64,000 nucleotides of DNA from Podarcis tiliguerta (Eukaryota): NCBI GenBank assembly GCA_965153285.1, contig OZ229119.1; one strand, 5' to 3'. The notes under the pieces are model-generated. The model did no database searches. It had not been told where the DNA came from and saw nothing but the letters and a program-made list of their open reading frames with translations. The position numbers and the translations under genes are program-made. Positions 25,555 through 38,806 of this stretch are shown here, one piece after another (position 1 is the stretch's first letter; every line of letters starts with the position of its first letter).

Positions 25555-25889
25555 CGTATAAGCTAAACAAGCTATAGTTTAGGGCCCCACTCTCTTGGGG
25601 GCTCCCCAAAAATATACTTCTTCTTAAATGTATTTCACTATTAATATACTTCTTTTTAATTGTATTTCAGTTCAACAATTACTTTGATAAAATACATATT
25701 TTGTTATGTGCAATAACAAAATACCTATTATTTAATAGATTATTTAATAGATACCTATTAGGTCCACAAATTACCATATAGCATATATTCAACACACAAA
25801 AAAGCGATAATTTGTTGTTGACAAAGGACAGCTGGACATATAAAGGGCCCCATTACCTTCAGTAGCTTAGGGCCTCATCAAACCTAAAT
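25555..25889. mobile_element. Truncated non-autonomous DNA transposon (hAT-like)
   Basis: AT-rich core with repeated AGGGCCCCA/AGGGCCTCA subterminal motifs. Recognised from memory; termini are not intact. Confidence 0.4.
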
Positions 25890-26748
25890 GAGTGTGTACC
25901 TGTGCACAGACTCCATGTTCATGGTACTTTCTTCCCTTCCTGGTCAGGGTTCCAGATTTAATGTCCTTGAAGGAGTGTTTGCCACCTTGAGGAAGCTGCT
26001 GTCAGTTTTTGTTGGGTGTGACCAAAATATTTTGCTGTTCTTCTGAATAATGCAATATAATGGAAGATATCTCTTTTCTCAATGCATTTGGACAGATGGT
26101 CTGACTGTGGGATTTCCACCCCGCCTTCTGAATTTTTATTTTATTTGACGTGGTTAAAATGCTTGCCTTGTGTTCAGTAAATGATGCTCACAAACATTTG
26201 ATCAGTAAAGCATATGACTGGAGGTGTTTGAGGCAGAGGCAGGTGTTTAATATCAGTGGATTGATGGTCTTTTTTTTTGTTTCTATGCATTTTTGTAAAA
26301 AGGCATAGCATCGTAGAAAATGATCATAAAATGAAGCTTACGACTTTTTCACCCTTTAAGAGCAAGAGGAGGACAAAGTTATATAATCATATTCAAATGA
26401 CCTCATTTGACACCTCTGCAGAAATATAAAAGACCTCTTGGCCGATGATAAAGATGGCGGCGGAAAGGCAGCAGCTCCCTGAAAAATGCTATTTAGCTGT
26501 GTTTAACTAGCTGAACTGTGGACAGCCAGTAGCTGCTAGATAAAATTAGAGGGACAGTTTATATTTAAACCTACACACATTTGTGACATTGCCTCCTTTG
26601 ATGTTAGCTGTTGAAAGGAAAATACCTCTTTTATCAAAGGAACAAAGTTGTTTTGTACCAAGATGAACCATTGATGCACCTACCTCAGTCTTGCTTACAG
26701 TGACTGGCAGTTCGTAGTTCTCCAAGTTTTCAGGCAATGGTCTTTTCC

Positions 26749-27296
26749 TTTTTTTATAATAATTTTTATTAAGTTTTCCATTTAACAATCCAATCATATC
26801 ACATTAATTATTCCAAATTATACCAATTCATATCATAAAGTCCAAATATTTTGCCAAATTATAAATTTTTGTTGGGGGTTCCCATGCTTCGAGTTCAGTA
26901 GGGTCCAATCATCTCATATTTCTGCTGCTTTTAGTGTTCACCAGTCCCATCCTTCAATCTTCTTCTTGTAATCCTTTTTCTTCTTAATAGCCTCTGAGTT
27001 GTTTCCACAGGCGAGTTAAAGTAAGCAATATTATGCTTCTGTGTGAACTTTGTAAGGCTCTCCCTTTTTTAAAAAAACTGGTAAGTCTTTTGTTTGCAAT
27101 AAATCCTCACATGCTGATCCAAAAGTCCTCCTCAGGTGGCAGACGCCATCTTTCTCAGTTCCGATGAAATAAAATCTAGGCGTTTGCTCATTAATTTTAC
27201 CAGACAAGTTGCACCATAAATTAGCCTTTCCAGAGAAGAATTGCCAAGTCGAACTTAGAATACAAACATGATAACAGAGTAATGGGGGGGAGGGGA
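26749..27296 (-). mobile_element. Non-coding retroposed insertion (L1-style TPRT product)
   Basis: Perfect 14-bp TSD CAATGGTCTTTTCC (26735-26748, 27297-27310). AATAAA plus A-tail on the minus strand. No ORF2 C-terminus is recognisable. Confidence 0.75.
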
Positions 27297-28663
27297 CAAT
27301 GGTCTTTTCCAGCCTTACCTGAAGATGCTGGGAATAAACCTAGGACCATTTACATGCAAAGTACATGCTCTGTGCCATGGCCCTTATCACACTAGTATTG
27401 GGAAGACGGATCCATCTTGTTTGTGTATTTTTATAGGAAACCCTTATGATAGTTGGGGCGGACATGTCTGTGCTCACTTTATGTCTGTAGTTTTTTCAGT
27501 CTGTTTCTGAGTGGCACTGTGTGGTCTCCACTTCCAACTGCTAGTCAAATTCCAATGCACTCTGTATAAAATGAAGCTTAATTGTTATGCATTCCCTATC
27601 GTAGGGAATCTAAAAACAGCTATAACTTTTTCCCCCTCTTTGGGCCAAAGCAGCTGGAATTTACAGGCACAGGAGCAAATCTAGGTAGATTAAGTCTGCC
27701 AAACTATAGACAAATAGGTCAAGGGTTTCGTTTCTGGGGAGGTGGATTAAAAGAGATTCTCTTTTCTACATAATCCCTTATGTACAGGGGAAAGTGGGAG
27801 TTTGTCTCTTGCTCTTTCTTACTTTCCTTACATTAAAATGGTCTGTATTATTGCTTGCAGATTTTTTTCCCCCACACTTTGCAGCTTCACATCAGCATTT
27901 CCAGTCCGGTGCTTGTTTTTGTCTCCCAATAGGTCTTGCATGCCTCTGGTAGGTCTTACAATATGGTATCCTCCAATATGGTATCCTCCAAAATTGTGGA
28001 GTTCTGAAGAGCTCTGGATGTGCGTTTGTTGTTGTTAAAGCAGGATTTTCAAAGAACTCAAATGAAGCTTTCATAACACAAAAAAGAACACAGAACTCTT
28101 TAGTGCAGGCACCATTTTGGACAGCCTCACATAGCAATAAATAGCCCTAGGGAAATATAGAGCTGAGTGGTATAATTGTGCTTCAAATGTATAGTGCAGA
28201 AGGGGCCTTAGAGGTTCTCCATCACTGAGCCATTTGAAACAACAGAGAGGGTGAAATAGAGAGAGATGAGGGAAATAATGAGTGGACAGAGGAGAGAGTC
28301 ATAGATAGGAAAGACCTCGGCTTGCCTTCTACCCTTCTTTATTTCAGATAAAGAAAAAATGGCTCTCTCTTACACCCCAAGGGAAGAAAATCCAATTTCA
28401 TTAATTTTCTATAGACATTCTCTACCACTTTTGTTTGTGTGTGGTGGCCATCATTCCCCCCTCAACAATAGTGCTCAGTCTTGGGCATTGTGGATAACAT
28501 AAAATGGTGGCCAGGCTGTTTTCACAGTCACTGCAATTGTGACTTGCAGAACCTGCAGCCTCAAAACAAACAACTGAGCCCTTAGCAAGAAAGAATGAAG
28601 CTGCTACACCCACAACTAAAGGAGAGCACAGTCTGAGAGAAACTTCAAGTAAATTCTCCTCCC

Positions 28664-28780
28664 CAGTGCTATTTTTCTAGAAAAATAAGTGCCTTCCTTG
28701 TTCTCACACAATGGCAATGGCTCCCACCTGAGAGGTGTTGGAACTGAGTTCCAGTGAGTTCCAGCTGAAAAAAACACCAA
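28664..28780. mobile_element. hAT MITE
   Basis: 8-bp TSD CTCCTCCC (28656-28663, 28781-28788). Left end CAGTGCTATTTTTC; right end degenerate (GAAAAAAACACCAA). Internal GAGTTCCAG repeats. Confidence 0.7.
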
Positions 28781-30179
28781 CTCCTCCCTCTGGCAATGGT
28801 CCCCTCAATTTTTCTATACACAAAAATAGTGGAGAATTTTGAGAGCTCATCTGTGTACAATGAGAGGCTGACCAGCATCTCTCAGAGGTCTGGAATTTTC
28901 CTAGGGCCATTAGTTTCTGGCTTGGAGTAGAAACTCATTACAGACTATTTTTTTAAAAAAAAAATGTTTTACAAAACATTTTATTTTCCATTTGAAAATA
29001 AATTATTATTTGAAGACATCACTAATGTTTCACCAAACATTTTACAACACCGAAAACAGCACTGAAATGAATTCTTTTCTTAATTAAGCCGCATAATTAC
29101 CACCATCATTCTATGATTGTCTCACTATGCATTTAATCTACACTTGATATTGCTCTTCATAAATTACCAGAGGTTTCGCTAAGCTGTATGCTGTCAATGT
29201 GTCAAAAGGTCTTATTACTCATTACATTTATTACTTGTTTCAAAATTGCCTACAATTATCAAAAGATAATGGAGTCATTGTTATAGTACACTTATCTTTT
29301 GGTGAGGAGGCTTTGTGTGTCCTTCTAGATTGAGGGGTATATCCGTAACTGAAATCACATTTTTCCTGTCACCTAACTATTATGTCAAACCAAATTATTG
29401 TGAAGTTCAATTTTCACTGAGAAGGTGCCACGTCAGTGAGCATGAAAATATTTGCACAGTCCGTACCTTCCATTTTTTCATAGCTGTTCACAACTACCAT
29501 AATTGTTTCTCCAATCTGCCACTGCCTTAAGTGGGGCAGAGGAAATTCCTCCATGCCAGTGCTTCTTGCCTTGCCAAACTGTACTGGCTTTTCATTGCTC
29601 ACCAGCAAATAGCAAGACTTATCCCCTGATCCAAATCTAGCCATGTTTAATTGAGGCAAAATGAGGATGGAGATGCACATCTGGGTGGACATTATCCCTT
29701 GTTAGAGACACACATCCACATTCCTAGTCCCAACAAGTCAGCTATGCGTGAATGAGCCGGGTTCATAGAAAACACTACTTGTCTACCATTACGTCTACCC
29801 ATTTTTGTTGTTTTTCTCTTACATGTTCTTTCCCCTGCACCCCAATCTGGAAACATTTTGAGAGAAAACAAGTAAGTAAATCGTAGCTATATGGATGTAT
29901 ATCTTTGTCTCTCTCATATACATATATGCTTTCATTCAATATATCTGTGAAAACCTGATTATTTATTTGCATTCTTTGTAGTAAACATAATGTGTTTAAA
30001 AAGGTCCAGAAGGAATGCAAAATAAATAGAAGAGTTCAACTATGTCTACTTACACATAACACAAGTTAGGAGATAAAGAAAGTTATTTTGATCATAAATT
30101 TTAAACATTTCCTTGTGATGTTTATTCATCAGGCTCTCACCTATGGAAAACATAGAAATTGGGCAAAATTTCACATATA

Positions 30180-30438
30180 CCGTATTTTTCGCTCTATAAG
30201 ACGCACCAGACCACAAGACGCAACTAGTTTTTGGAGGAGGAAAACAAGAAAAAAAATATTCTGAATCTCAGAAGCCAGAACAGCAAGAGGGATCGCTGTG
30301 CAGTGAAAGCAGCAATCCCTCTTGCTGTTCTGGCTTCTGGGATAGCTGCGCAGCCTGCATTCGTTCCATAAGACACACACACATTTCCCCTTACTTTTTA
30401 GGACGGAGAAAGTGAGTCTTATAGAGCAAAAAATACGG
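30180..30438. mobile_element. Tc1/mariner (Tc2/pogo-like) MITE
   Basis: TIR CCGTATTTTTCGCTCTATAAGAC...GTCTTATAGAGCAAAAAATACGG with TA on both sides. Internal ~30-bp hairpin at 30269-30339. Confidence 0.9.
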
Positions 30439-31360
30439 TAATTAGCAAAGTCACAACCACACAGATACACTCCCACAAACACCAACAGAATAAACAAATG
30501 TAACTTGGCATCAATTTCTGAACCTATGAATTAATTCTTCAACCTGAAGCTTTTGTTATTTTTTAATCCATTTATTCTGTTACAGCTATGGATAATCGTA
30601 TTAGCTCTATTATATCTTGCCTTTTCTGGCTGAGTGTTGGCCTCTTCTGACACTCTGACATATGCACACAATTCTATTTAGAATTAAAATAAATTAATGC
30701 CAGAGATTGCTGCCCTTCAACTTTATTTTCTAATACACACATTGTTATTTTAATGCAACGTGTCAAAAGGGGTAAATATTTAGAGGTTTATTAAAATATA
30801 GCCTTCATTTGTATCTCTTGACACAGCCAGTGATTATGCTAACATTTCTACTAATCATTCCTTCTAATGAACAAACTTCGATGGTAAGTGCCATTGAGAC
30901 TGGAGCCAAATCAAAGCCACTGAGAAACAAGAGAAGGTTACAAGCATGCTCAGGGGAACACAAGTTGTACAGAAATACAACATAAAAAAGGGAAAAGCCT
31001 AGGGAAGAGGGAAGCAGACCTGCGCGTAGTAAACATAGGGAGACACAGAATGTTGTTGGCTGGTTGGAAAAAACCAATGGGAAAGGTTGGTTGTAGTGGG
31101 GAGAGAGTATTCAAAAGGATGCCCTGGCTGGCTGGCATCCAAAATAGGGACGCCCCTGTTATGAAATATACTGCCACATTTTGCTGCTAGTCCCATATGT
31201 AATAGTTGTCATATGTAATACAATTTAGCAGTTATGTTTGTTTAGTAAAATCCTTCGCCTCATATTTACACAAAAATGTTCTCCTCCTCTGCTCAACTTT
31301 AGTTGGGTCTGGTCCTTGACACTTCTGCCTGTTCAGGGTTTCAGTATGTTGCCCTGAGAC

Positions 31361-31460
31361 ACAGGTGGGTCTATTGGTATCTACCATACCAATTGTCAAT
31401 TGACAATAGACAGGTGGGTCTATTGGTATCTACCATACCATTGTCAATTGACAAAAGACA
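31361..31460. repeat. ~49-bp tandem duplication containing a palindrome
   Basis: ACAGGTGGGTCTATTGGTATCTACCATACCA(A)TTGTCAATTGACAA starts at 31361 and again at 31410. Confidence 0.9.
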
Positions 31461-31520
31461 TTCTTTTCCTTCTGTGGGAATGATCAGAGCGCATCCTGAA
31501 TGGTGAAGAAGAGATGTCCA

Positions 31521-32224
31521 TTTATACATTTGTATAAAAGTGTATAAATCAAAATCAAATAAGTGTTGGAAATGTAAAAAGAAAGAAGGTTCTTTTTACC
31601 ATTTGTGGTGGTCTTGTAGTAAGGTTAAAGCTTTCCGGGGACTGATATATAATGAAATGAATAGGATATTTTAAATACAGTAACCTTTGTAAAAAACAAC
31701 AACAACAACAACAACAACAACAAACACCACCAGAAGATTTTCTTTTGGGACTTACAGGGACAGAACTACCTCCTAATAATGTATAATGCTGCTACAGCGG
31801 TAAGAATGTTACTTGCCCCAAAATGGAAAGAAGCAGAAGTCTCATCAAAGGAAGAATAGATACAAAAACTTATGGAATATGCAGAAATGGCGAAACTTAC
31901 CAGAAGAATAAGAAATCAAGATAACAAACTTTTTATAAAAGAATGGAAATGGTTTATTGAATATTTACAGATAAATTGTAAACAGATAAGAACATTGGCA
32001 GGATTGCTGTAAAAACCTGCAGTTTCATAAGAGTATATATTTAAAGAAGATGAATAAATGAGCAAATTAAGTTAATTTGGATATGCAGAAGATATTAACA
32101 ATAAATTTAAGGAACCGCAGAAAGAGGAGGAAGGAAGTCAAGTTCTGAAATGTCAAATGATTGTAAAATTAGTGAAATGTATAAACCTGAAAAGTATAAA
32201 GATATTTTTTTTAAAATAAGAAAA
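31521..32224 (+). mobile_element. 5'-truncated, decayed L1-type LINE
   Basis: Encodes KCWKCKKKEGSFYHLWWSC (ORF2 Cys-rich motif). TSD AAGARATGTCCA (31509-31520, 32225-32236). Internal (AAC)n and stop codons. Confidence 0.88.
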
Positions 32225-32571
32225 AAGAAATGTCCACAGAGGGCTACAGAAAAAGACCAGTGTAACATAAAAGGGATACCACATTCCCAATATGCTGTTA
32301 GTAAAATGTTCATATAACGCTTGGGTAGGCACAACCTCGCATCTGAAGTGTGTCAAGTGCTGATATTATTGGTCTTTTGCTAGCAGCTGAAGGCAGACCC
32401 ATTTAACCTGGTCTTTGTGAGGGGCTGACGCTTTGAAACCACTCAAATACATTTTTATTGCCTTCTTAATGTGTCATGTTTCTATTAATATAGTATTTTA
32501 TAGTGTTGTATTTCATGATGGTTTATGTGATGTATTTCCACTCTGGGGCCAAATGGTAAAGGGTGGATTCC

Positions 32572-32706
32572 TAAATAAATAAATAACAATAATAATTTAT
32601 TATTTATACCCCGCCCATCTGGCTGGGCTTTTCTCTGGGCGGCTTCCAACAAAATATTAAAATACAGTAACGCATCAAACATTAAAAGCTTCCTTAAACA
32701 GGGCTG
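32572..32706 (-). mobile_element. L2-type LINE 3' end
   Basis: Reverse complement of the element at 7226-7437. Confidence 0.75.
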
Positions 32707-33253
32707 TTTATAATAAGAAGAAAGGGACATTGGGAGCAGCATTTAGTACTTGGGCAGGAAATCAAGTTACAAATGTAGTGAATCAGACAGGACAAGGGGG
32801 AAAAAAGAAGCCATTAACTAGAGGCTCTCATGACATGAAAAGTTGCCTTTGGTAAACCACTGGTATAGATCTGCTGTGCTTTAGTCAGGAATGATTATGA
32901 CAACAGCAATTTACTGTGGCCAAAATGGAGTTCCCATCATTTCACAAGATCTGGAAAAAAAAGCACACTCCAAGCTCATCAAGAATGGCTAGAGACGAAA
33001 GAATCTCAGGATACTTTTAAATCTCCAAACAACGTTGGCTGTAGCCGACACACTCAGAAACCTTAATCACTAATAAGGCAGAACTTCTGCCTCACACCTG
33101 AAATTAAATAATGAGCCCATTTACTCAACAGAACAATTAAAGCTTTCCTGGGGTAAATAACGAGGATTCCTTCCCCCTGCAACAATTTGATATATTGCCT
33201 ACTTCTAGAGCCTCAGTTGAAAATACCACAGGCAGGGTGCAGCATAGATTATA

Positions 33254-33489
33254 CAGTGGTACCTCTGGTTACGTACTTAATTCATTCCGGAGGTCCGTTC
33301 TTAACCTGAAACTGTTCTTAACCTGAAGTACCACTTTAGCTAATGGGGCCTCCCACTGCCGCCACGCCGCACAATTTTTGTTCCCATCCTGAAGTAAAGT
33401 TCTTAACCCGAGGCACTATTTCTGGGTTAGTGGAGTCTGTAACCTGAAGCGTATGTAACCTGAAGCGTATGTAACCTGAGGTACCACTG
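33254..33489. mobile_element. Tc1/mariner (Tigger-like) MITE
   Basis: TA-CAGTGGTACCTC...GAGGTACCACTG-TA. Inverted relative of 5795-6025. Confidence 0.9.
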
Positions 33490-34529
33490 TATTCTTTTAG
33501 TTTTCTCAAAGCTTTACCAAAACAAGAATTGATGAATAGAAAAAGGGGGGAACAGTTAAATGTGGCATTGATGTTCACGGAACTTGATCCTCAATATTCT
33601 AATAATTTAGGGTCTTATTCTCTTTGTTCAGAGATATAGGCCTTTGCACCAATTTTCTTGTTATTTCTTAATTCACCACTCCCTCAGCAGGAAATCATTA
33701 CACGAGAAAAGTTAGTATTAACTGGATATTTCAGCCTCCTCTGTCATTTGGAGATAGAGGTTAGCTTTGGTTTTAACCTCACCTAAAGAAATGCAAATAG
33801 CAATCATGCTCAGTGAAGAGATCATATTTGTGAACTCTGAAGGGAGAAAAAAGAAAAGAAAATGGAAAAGGAGGCATAGATGAGTTTGACTGAGGTCAAC
33901 AGAAGGAGTTTAATTTTCACCTAAGTACAGCAATAATTATGAGATGCAACATTGTCAAAATTGACCCTATAAAGTCTGCCTTTGAAGCACAGCTAATTAC
34001 AACACCTTTCACGTTACTAGAAGAGGAACTGTTATAATTAGCTGCCCATGTTGAATTCAAAATGCTTTATGAGCTTGCATTCCTAGCTATAACTCTCCTC
34101 TATATCAAGTGTATATGCAGCCTTATGCAACCACAAAACACATGGACTTAGTGAGGTTGTTTACTATGCAACAGCCACACTAAAGAGACAGTGAAGGAAT
34201 ATTCCATTTCTCCATACAGGTTGGCAAAGCTAGAGTGGCTTGGGCCATTTATTGAAAAAAGAAAGTTGAATTCTTTGTCTGTATAACAAGAGAGGTGGGG
34301 AGACAGTTGCCTAGTTTCTAATTTCCAAATATTTAGATGAGAATAGTAAGAAAATATAAGTTCAAAAACATTAATAAGGTGGCCTTAAAGGAGTTTTCCC
34401 CAGATGTTATTGGAATACATACCCCATTATGCTTGAGCCTGATGGGGGTTGTAGTCCAACAACAGGTTAATATTGATTGGCCTTCTATATCTTTTTCATG
34501 CCTTACCTGGAAGGAATTGTTTTTATTTT

Positions 34530-34782
34530 GTTTCGAGTAAAACTCTGGAATTTGCTATCACAAGAGGTAGTAATGGCCACCAGTCTGAATAGCTTTAAAA
34601 GGGGGTTAGACAGATTCACAGAGGATAAGGCTATCTGTGACTATGAGCCACACTGGCTATGCTCTAGCTCCCTTGTTTTGCTCTTGTACAGCTTGTGTGC
34701 TTCCACCGTCACCAATACAAGAATAGGATGGTGGATCAGATGGTGTTGGGTCTGATCCAGCAGGTCTCTTCTTATGTTCTTC
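34530..34782 (+). mobile_element. Old CR1 3' fragment
   Basis: Translates RVKLWNLLSQEVVMATSLNSFKRGLDRF (CR1 ORF2 end). Tail CTTCTTATGTTCT. Confidence 0.75.
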
Positions 34783-36945
34783 ATTTCCTTTTTGTGTCAA
34801 TGGTTTTTCTCCTTCAATCAAACATAGCTCACCCCCCCCCCCAATACACACACACACACACACACACGGTGGCACAGTCCAAGAAAATATTTATTGCTGT
34901 GTTCTGCTGCTTGTATGAACTGGCTCTGAATCTTCCCAATTCACCAGTTTCAGGAAATTATCACGTCTGAGATTTTGTTTATTTAATGTTCCCAACTGGC
35001 GTAGGTGCAGAACTGTACTTGTGGTTTGGTGAGGTTTCTCCTAGGTACGCTTAACAATCTTTTCTTTCAAGCTTTTCTTGCACATTTTCTTTTTATTACT
35101 GCTAGTAATGCTTTATTATTTTTTTGAAAATAATAAGCAGGCATTGTTTGCTTTTATATGACACCGTTCAAAATAGTTGGACTAAGACTCAAAGTATCCA
35201 ATGTGCTCATTTCCGACTTTTCACTGTTCAAATTGCACTCCCTTGGAAACTAATTTATAAACCTTTATTAAATTGTTGATTCACTTTGCATAAAAAAGAG
35301 TGTGTACCCTTTCAAAATAATGTAACCGACATGTTTGTGATTCCAGGTGGACATATTTATTTGTGCATGCACTTGCTTTTCAGTGTGGTTCTGACATACC
35401 TCGCTTTGTATATTGCTAATAGTACACCAATTTTCTTGCAAACATTTTAGATTCAAAGTAAATTATTATAATTAGCATTTGAGGAAGGCTAAGTTTGTTT
35501 TTATATAATAATAGAATCAAATTTATTTCACCGGTATATAAAAGGAGCTTAGAAAACACCATTCACCTGCGCAAAGCATTCATACAGAACAGTAAATTGT
35601 ACAGAGCCAAGGCAGAAGTTAAATGACAAAAAGAACAAAAGCCTTAAATGCTGAAAATCACAGAAGCCTTAACAAAAATGTTAAATGAGGTCCTAAATCC
35701 AAAATTATTACTTCGAGTTGTTGGGTGGTAATGTGGTAGGAGTTCAAAAAGGGGTGTCAGATAGATTCAACTCATGCCAATCAAGGGAGCTGCAGATCTC
35801 AAAAAAAAATCACAGCTTTTTGCAACCTTATACCCACTTACCAGTAGGTAAGCCACACTGAAATCAAGAGGTGACATTTTGGATTGTCCTAATAAAGGAA
35901 TTATGCTATTTGTTTAACACATGCTTCCATATTTCTCAGATGAATTTTGCAATTGCTATCTCAATATTAAAATAGTGCTTTAATATAGTAGAATCATAGA
36001 TTTAAAAGGACTCATGCTCTACAAGTTGAGCTATCTGTATGATTCAATTCTAGTGATATTTAATTTTTATGAACACTACCCTGGGGGTTATGTTTTAGAT
36101 AAAGGCATAGTTTAGAGATTTTCAAGAAAAAATAAAATAAATAGCTACACACAGTGCTGCGCAGAAAGAGCCAGTTGATTAGCACCTGCTTCAATTTGCT
36201 GTTGATTGACTCTATATAAACAATGTTGAATCTTAGCTAGACTTGACCAAGGTTTAGCCTTGAATGAGGTGAAAGAAGCTCCTGAACCATTAAAACCTAT
36301 GCAGAACTCTTTGGGATGCAGTATTTTGGGCAGGTACAATTTATCATGCAGGGGATGTTCACCTTTTTACCCAGTCACCTTGTTGTGGAACTTTGTTCTA
36401 GTGTTGATCCTAAAATATGTGAAGCAATATGAAAGGGTGTGGTTATGAGCCATGGCAAGTTGCCTTTGCCTTTTCATTGATTGACAAGCTTGTGGCCATT
36501 CCTCACACATAGGAATACAAGCTTATAGGACTGGATAAAGGTCCTAGATAATCCAGCAGATAAACCTTGCTGTCCAAATTTCTGCCTTCATCATGTGTTT
36601 CAGCTAGTTCAGATATCTTCAACAGACCCAGCAACCACTTCTATCCCAAACATCCATTTTGGAGACCGTTTACTTAACCTTTTACCATATATTTGAATGG
36701 TGGTAGTGCTGCTGTTGCAACTCACCTTGGTTCAGGCCAATACCCAGTGGTAGGTCCCTGCCCACCAGTTGGAGACAGGTGAACTAGTTGATAGTATTCC
36801 TAAACAAGTAGCTTCCACCAGACTTTCCTAGCTTACTTCCCATGGCTTGATCTCATATTGATAAAAGTGCTTTGGGTGCAAGCACAAAATGACTACTACA
36901 GGCAGCAAAGAAGGAGGTGCTGGTACTCTGTTCCAGGGAGTACAC

Positions 36946-37270
36946 TCATTGTCATCATCATCATTTTATTATTTTTACCCTGCCCATCTGGCTGGGTTTC
37001 CCCAGCCACTCAGGGTGGCTCCCAAAAGAACATTAAAAACACGATAAAACATCAAACATTTAAAACCTCCCTAAACAGGACTGCCTTCACATGTCTTCTA
37101 AAAGTAAGATAGTTGTTTATTTCCTTGACATCTGATGGGAGGGCATTCCACAGGGCGGGCGCCACTACCGAGAAGGCCCTCTGCCTGGTTTTCTGTAACC
37201 ACACGTCTCGCAGTGAGGGAACCACCAGAAGGACCTCGGCACTGGACCTCAGTGTCCAGACTGAACAATG
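36946..37270 (-). mobile_element. L2-type LINE 3' fragment
   Basis: ORF 37052-37273 contains RAFSVVAPALWNALP...TFRRHVKAVLF, typical of the L2 ORF2 end. 3'UTR shared with 7226-7437. Confidence 0.85.
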
Positions 37271-38598
37271 CATTCATGGCTTTGGACCATAACCATTGAC
37301 CGACATTTGTGTAAACAGATTTCTTTATTCAGTACAGTCCACTCTAGATCCCATCTGCCACTGCACCCAAATTCATGGCGTAGGATTTGATGGTCCTAGT
37401 TCTGTTTGCAACCAGACATTTGGTTAAAAAATAGATACAAATAGATAATGCAAATAGATAATATATAAAACGAAGTATGACAGACACTCATAGAAAACAG
37501 TAGGATTTCTGCAATAAGCAAATAACTTCTACCCTTCTTATTTCCTTCTGATTGTCTACAGTTTATTTCTTCAGCTGCTTGCTGTTTAATTGTGTCCTTA
37601 TGATTATTGGTTTGAGTTGGTTATGGCCCATTAATATTTACAAGATGAGATGAGGTTTTCAGCTTACGTTAGCCATCCATTTTCTACAAGATAAGGAACG
37701 ATAATAGCCCATTCAGAACAACAAATCTTTCTCGTCAGTATTATATCAAGTTTATTACTGCCTAATCATCTCTATTCTTATCTTCATTGTTGGTTATTGT
37801 GAAACACCATGTCAATTACATTACATAGCAAAGTTTTACTGTATTGTCTCTATAGACCAGCCTTTATTGTGGATCATTTCAAAGAAAATACAGATTATGT
37901 TGAGAAAATTAAAAATCTGAATTTATAAGCTACTAAAAATACTCATGTAGCAATGTTTTGCAAGCTAAGAACCCAAGGCTGTAATTGGGAGAGGACAAAT
38001 ATTCATATAAAATCAAGGAGAGAGGGAGAGTTTGTGAGTGTATTGTTACTTATTAAATTTGTTAGCAGCTCATTATCTGAAAATCTCCAAGAAACTTACA
38101 ACACAGTGTGTAGGGCAGGGATGGGGAAGCAGTGGCCATCCAGATGTGTCTCTACTTCAGCCCTCATCATCCCTGATCATTGGCTATGCTAGCTGTGGGA
38201 ACTGGAGTCCAACATCATCAGGAGGGACACATGATCATTGCCCCTGACCTAAGGGCAAGGCTAACACAAGAGAAAATACAATGCAGGCATTCCCACCAGA
38301 CTTATAATTGCATTGCCAGCAACGTGAACAGCATTTGTCATGGTTTGACCTCCAGCTACCTCTCCCCTCTGTCTCACTTTACAGAAGGGCCACAGAGCTC
38401 ACCTGCTTGCTGGTTTCCCAAAGGCATCTGGGTGGCCATTGTGAGAGCACAGTTCTGGACCAGATGGGCCATTGGTTTGATCCAATTTAGTTAGGAGGAA
38501 AATTAGTTTGGAAAGGCAAACATGGAAATGACTGTAGAGCAACAGCTTACCATAGGGATAAATCAGGCATGGGGCAGCGACCTTTTAGGATTAAACCA

Positions 38599-38806
38599 CC
38601 ACCTAAACATTAGGAAGAACTTCCTGGCAGTAAGAGCTGTTCGACAGTGGAATTTGCTGCCAAGGAGTGTGGTGGAGTCTCCTTCTTTGGAGGTCTTTAA
38701 GCAGAGGCTTGACAACCATATGTCAGGAGTGCTCTGATGGTGTTTCCTGCTTGGCAGGGGGTTGGACTCAATGGCCCTTGTGGTCTCTTCCAACTCTATG
38801 ATTCTA
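38599..38806 (+). mobile_element. Short CR1 3' fragment (same young family as 4696 and 52701)
   Basis: Near-identical to ~5418-5625. Ends CTCTATGATTCTA. Confidence 0.93.
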
